Shown in pieces: positions 62,943 through 64,000 of a stretch of 64,000 nt of DNA. Position numbers and translations under genes: made by a program. How positions within the stretch are numbered: the stretch's first letter is position 1; every line of letters begins with the position of its first letter. Source of the stretch: Felis catus (Eukaryota). The notes under the pieces were generated by a model that had not been told where the DNA came from, did not search any database, and saw only the letters and a list, made by a program, of their open reading frames with translations. The DNA is taken from contig NC_058368.1 of assembly GCF_018350175.1 (NCBI RefSeq), positions 200,820,001 to 200,884,000 of the forward strand, written 5' to 3'.

Positions 62943-63783
62943 TGCTTGAGTTTACTAAGATTTTTGAACTTCCCTTAGTTTGTGTCAATCCTCACAAAAC
63001 TTCACAGGGATCACTGATGGCTAAACATCAATTTGAGTGAAACACCAAAAAAATTAAACTGAAACATCATTTTGAAGGTGTTACAAGGATAAAAATCATG
63101 AGTAAAAGAAGATAATAAATGATTTTTTTTCTTATACTTTGAAAATCTCCAAAGGATACGGCAGACAGTATCATAGAGTCAAAAGCATAAAATAATAAGT
63201 TCTATTAAGTTCCTTCCACACTCATGAACACAGTGTGGTTTAAATTTGATGGAAAGCCACAAGCCAATTCTCATAAAATCAGACCCAGCTCGCCATTTCT
63301 GCTGCTGACAGCAAATGTCATTGCTGGGAAATAAGGCGGCAAGCTGCCATCTCCAAGGCATCAGCACCTCAGAGACAGATGAGAAAAAGGGGCCCGTGTG
63401 TAAACAGAAATGACCTGTGCTCCAGAAGAAAATGTGTGACTTCCTGGAGCCTGTTTGTGTCTTTTTTGGTAGACGGGCATCAGAACAATCTTGGGGGAGA
63501 GCATTCTGCTCCTTAAGACAATGTGGCACATTATCAGAAAAGAAGCAATACTAAGGGGAAAAGAAATGGGTCAGAGTTTATACTATTTGTGTTCTGGGAG
63601 TCATTTTCCAGACTCGTGGGCAGGCAATAAGTAACCCTGAGCCATTTTTGTACAATGTGTGCTACTCATTTGAAAAAATCTGAGTGTTTGTATGTATACG
63701 ATTTACATTTACATAGAATATATAAAATACCTAGAGCCTTCCGGCCACAAACAGACAGGGGTATATTAAGAGGAAATATTGTT

Positions 63784-63967
63784 GGGCACCTGGGTGGCTC
63801 AGTCGGTTAAGCATCCCACTCTTGGTTTCACCTCAGATCATGATCTCACAGTTTGTGAGTTCAAGCCCCGAGTTGAGCTCTGCACTGACAGCATGGAGGC
63901 TGATTATAATTCTCTCTCCCTGTCTCGCTGCATCCAACCCCTCAAAATAAATAAATAGACTTTAAAA
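63784..63967 (+). mobile_element. Can-SINE, older copy
   Basis: TSD aaga(g/a)gaaatattgt (63768-63782, 63968-63982). Confidence 0.94.
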
Positions 63968-64000
63968 AAGAAGAAATATTGTCATTTTCTTGTGTGTGTA

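Noticed and set aside
2596..63967. Recurring ~200-bp repeats with unique intervening DNA as a CRISPR-like or engineered array
   Set aside because: Irregular kb-scale spacing, both orientations, individual TSDs and A tails mark them as dispersed retroposons.
1..64000. CpG island, promoter or identifiable host gene
   Set aside because: CpG clusters occur only within young SINEs, and no multi-exon coding structure could be assembled, so no gene symbol is assigned.

Overview
AT-rich, CpG-poor, non-coding mammalian DNA (deep intron or gene desert), almost certainly from a felid. The evidence is 26 copies of the tRNA-derived carnivore SINE (Can-SINE, cat-type head GGGGCGCCTGGGTGGC(T/G)CAGTCGGTTAAGCGTCCGACT, CT tract, AATAAA/A tail), most with readable target-site duplications (TSDs). 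The window also holds one 5'-truncated carnivore L1 3' end, older L1M/L2/MIR fragments, MaLR/ERVL solo LTRs, two MER5 MITEs, microsatellites and short duplications. I can support no protein-coding gene: the ORF track is SINE/L1 read-through or random. I found no convincing new biological system. The most interesting items are: (1) a 38-nt retroposed 5' half of tRNA-Ile(TAT) with TSD, ending at the intron junction and preceded by bases matching the tRNA's own 3' end; (2) a 56-bp duplication with an inverted templated junction; (3) an octamer/palindrome-rich element and a PBX-HOX/RFX motif cluster in a 7-kb SINE-free block; (4) near-identical inverted young SINE pairs; (5) two weak exon-like segments. 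Repeat subfamily names come from remembered consensus sequences and need Dfam/RepeatMasker confirmation. Boundaries of old repeats are approximate.
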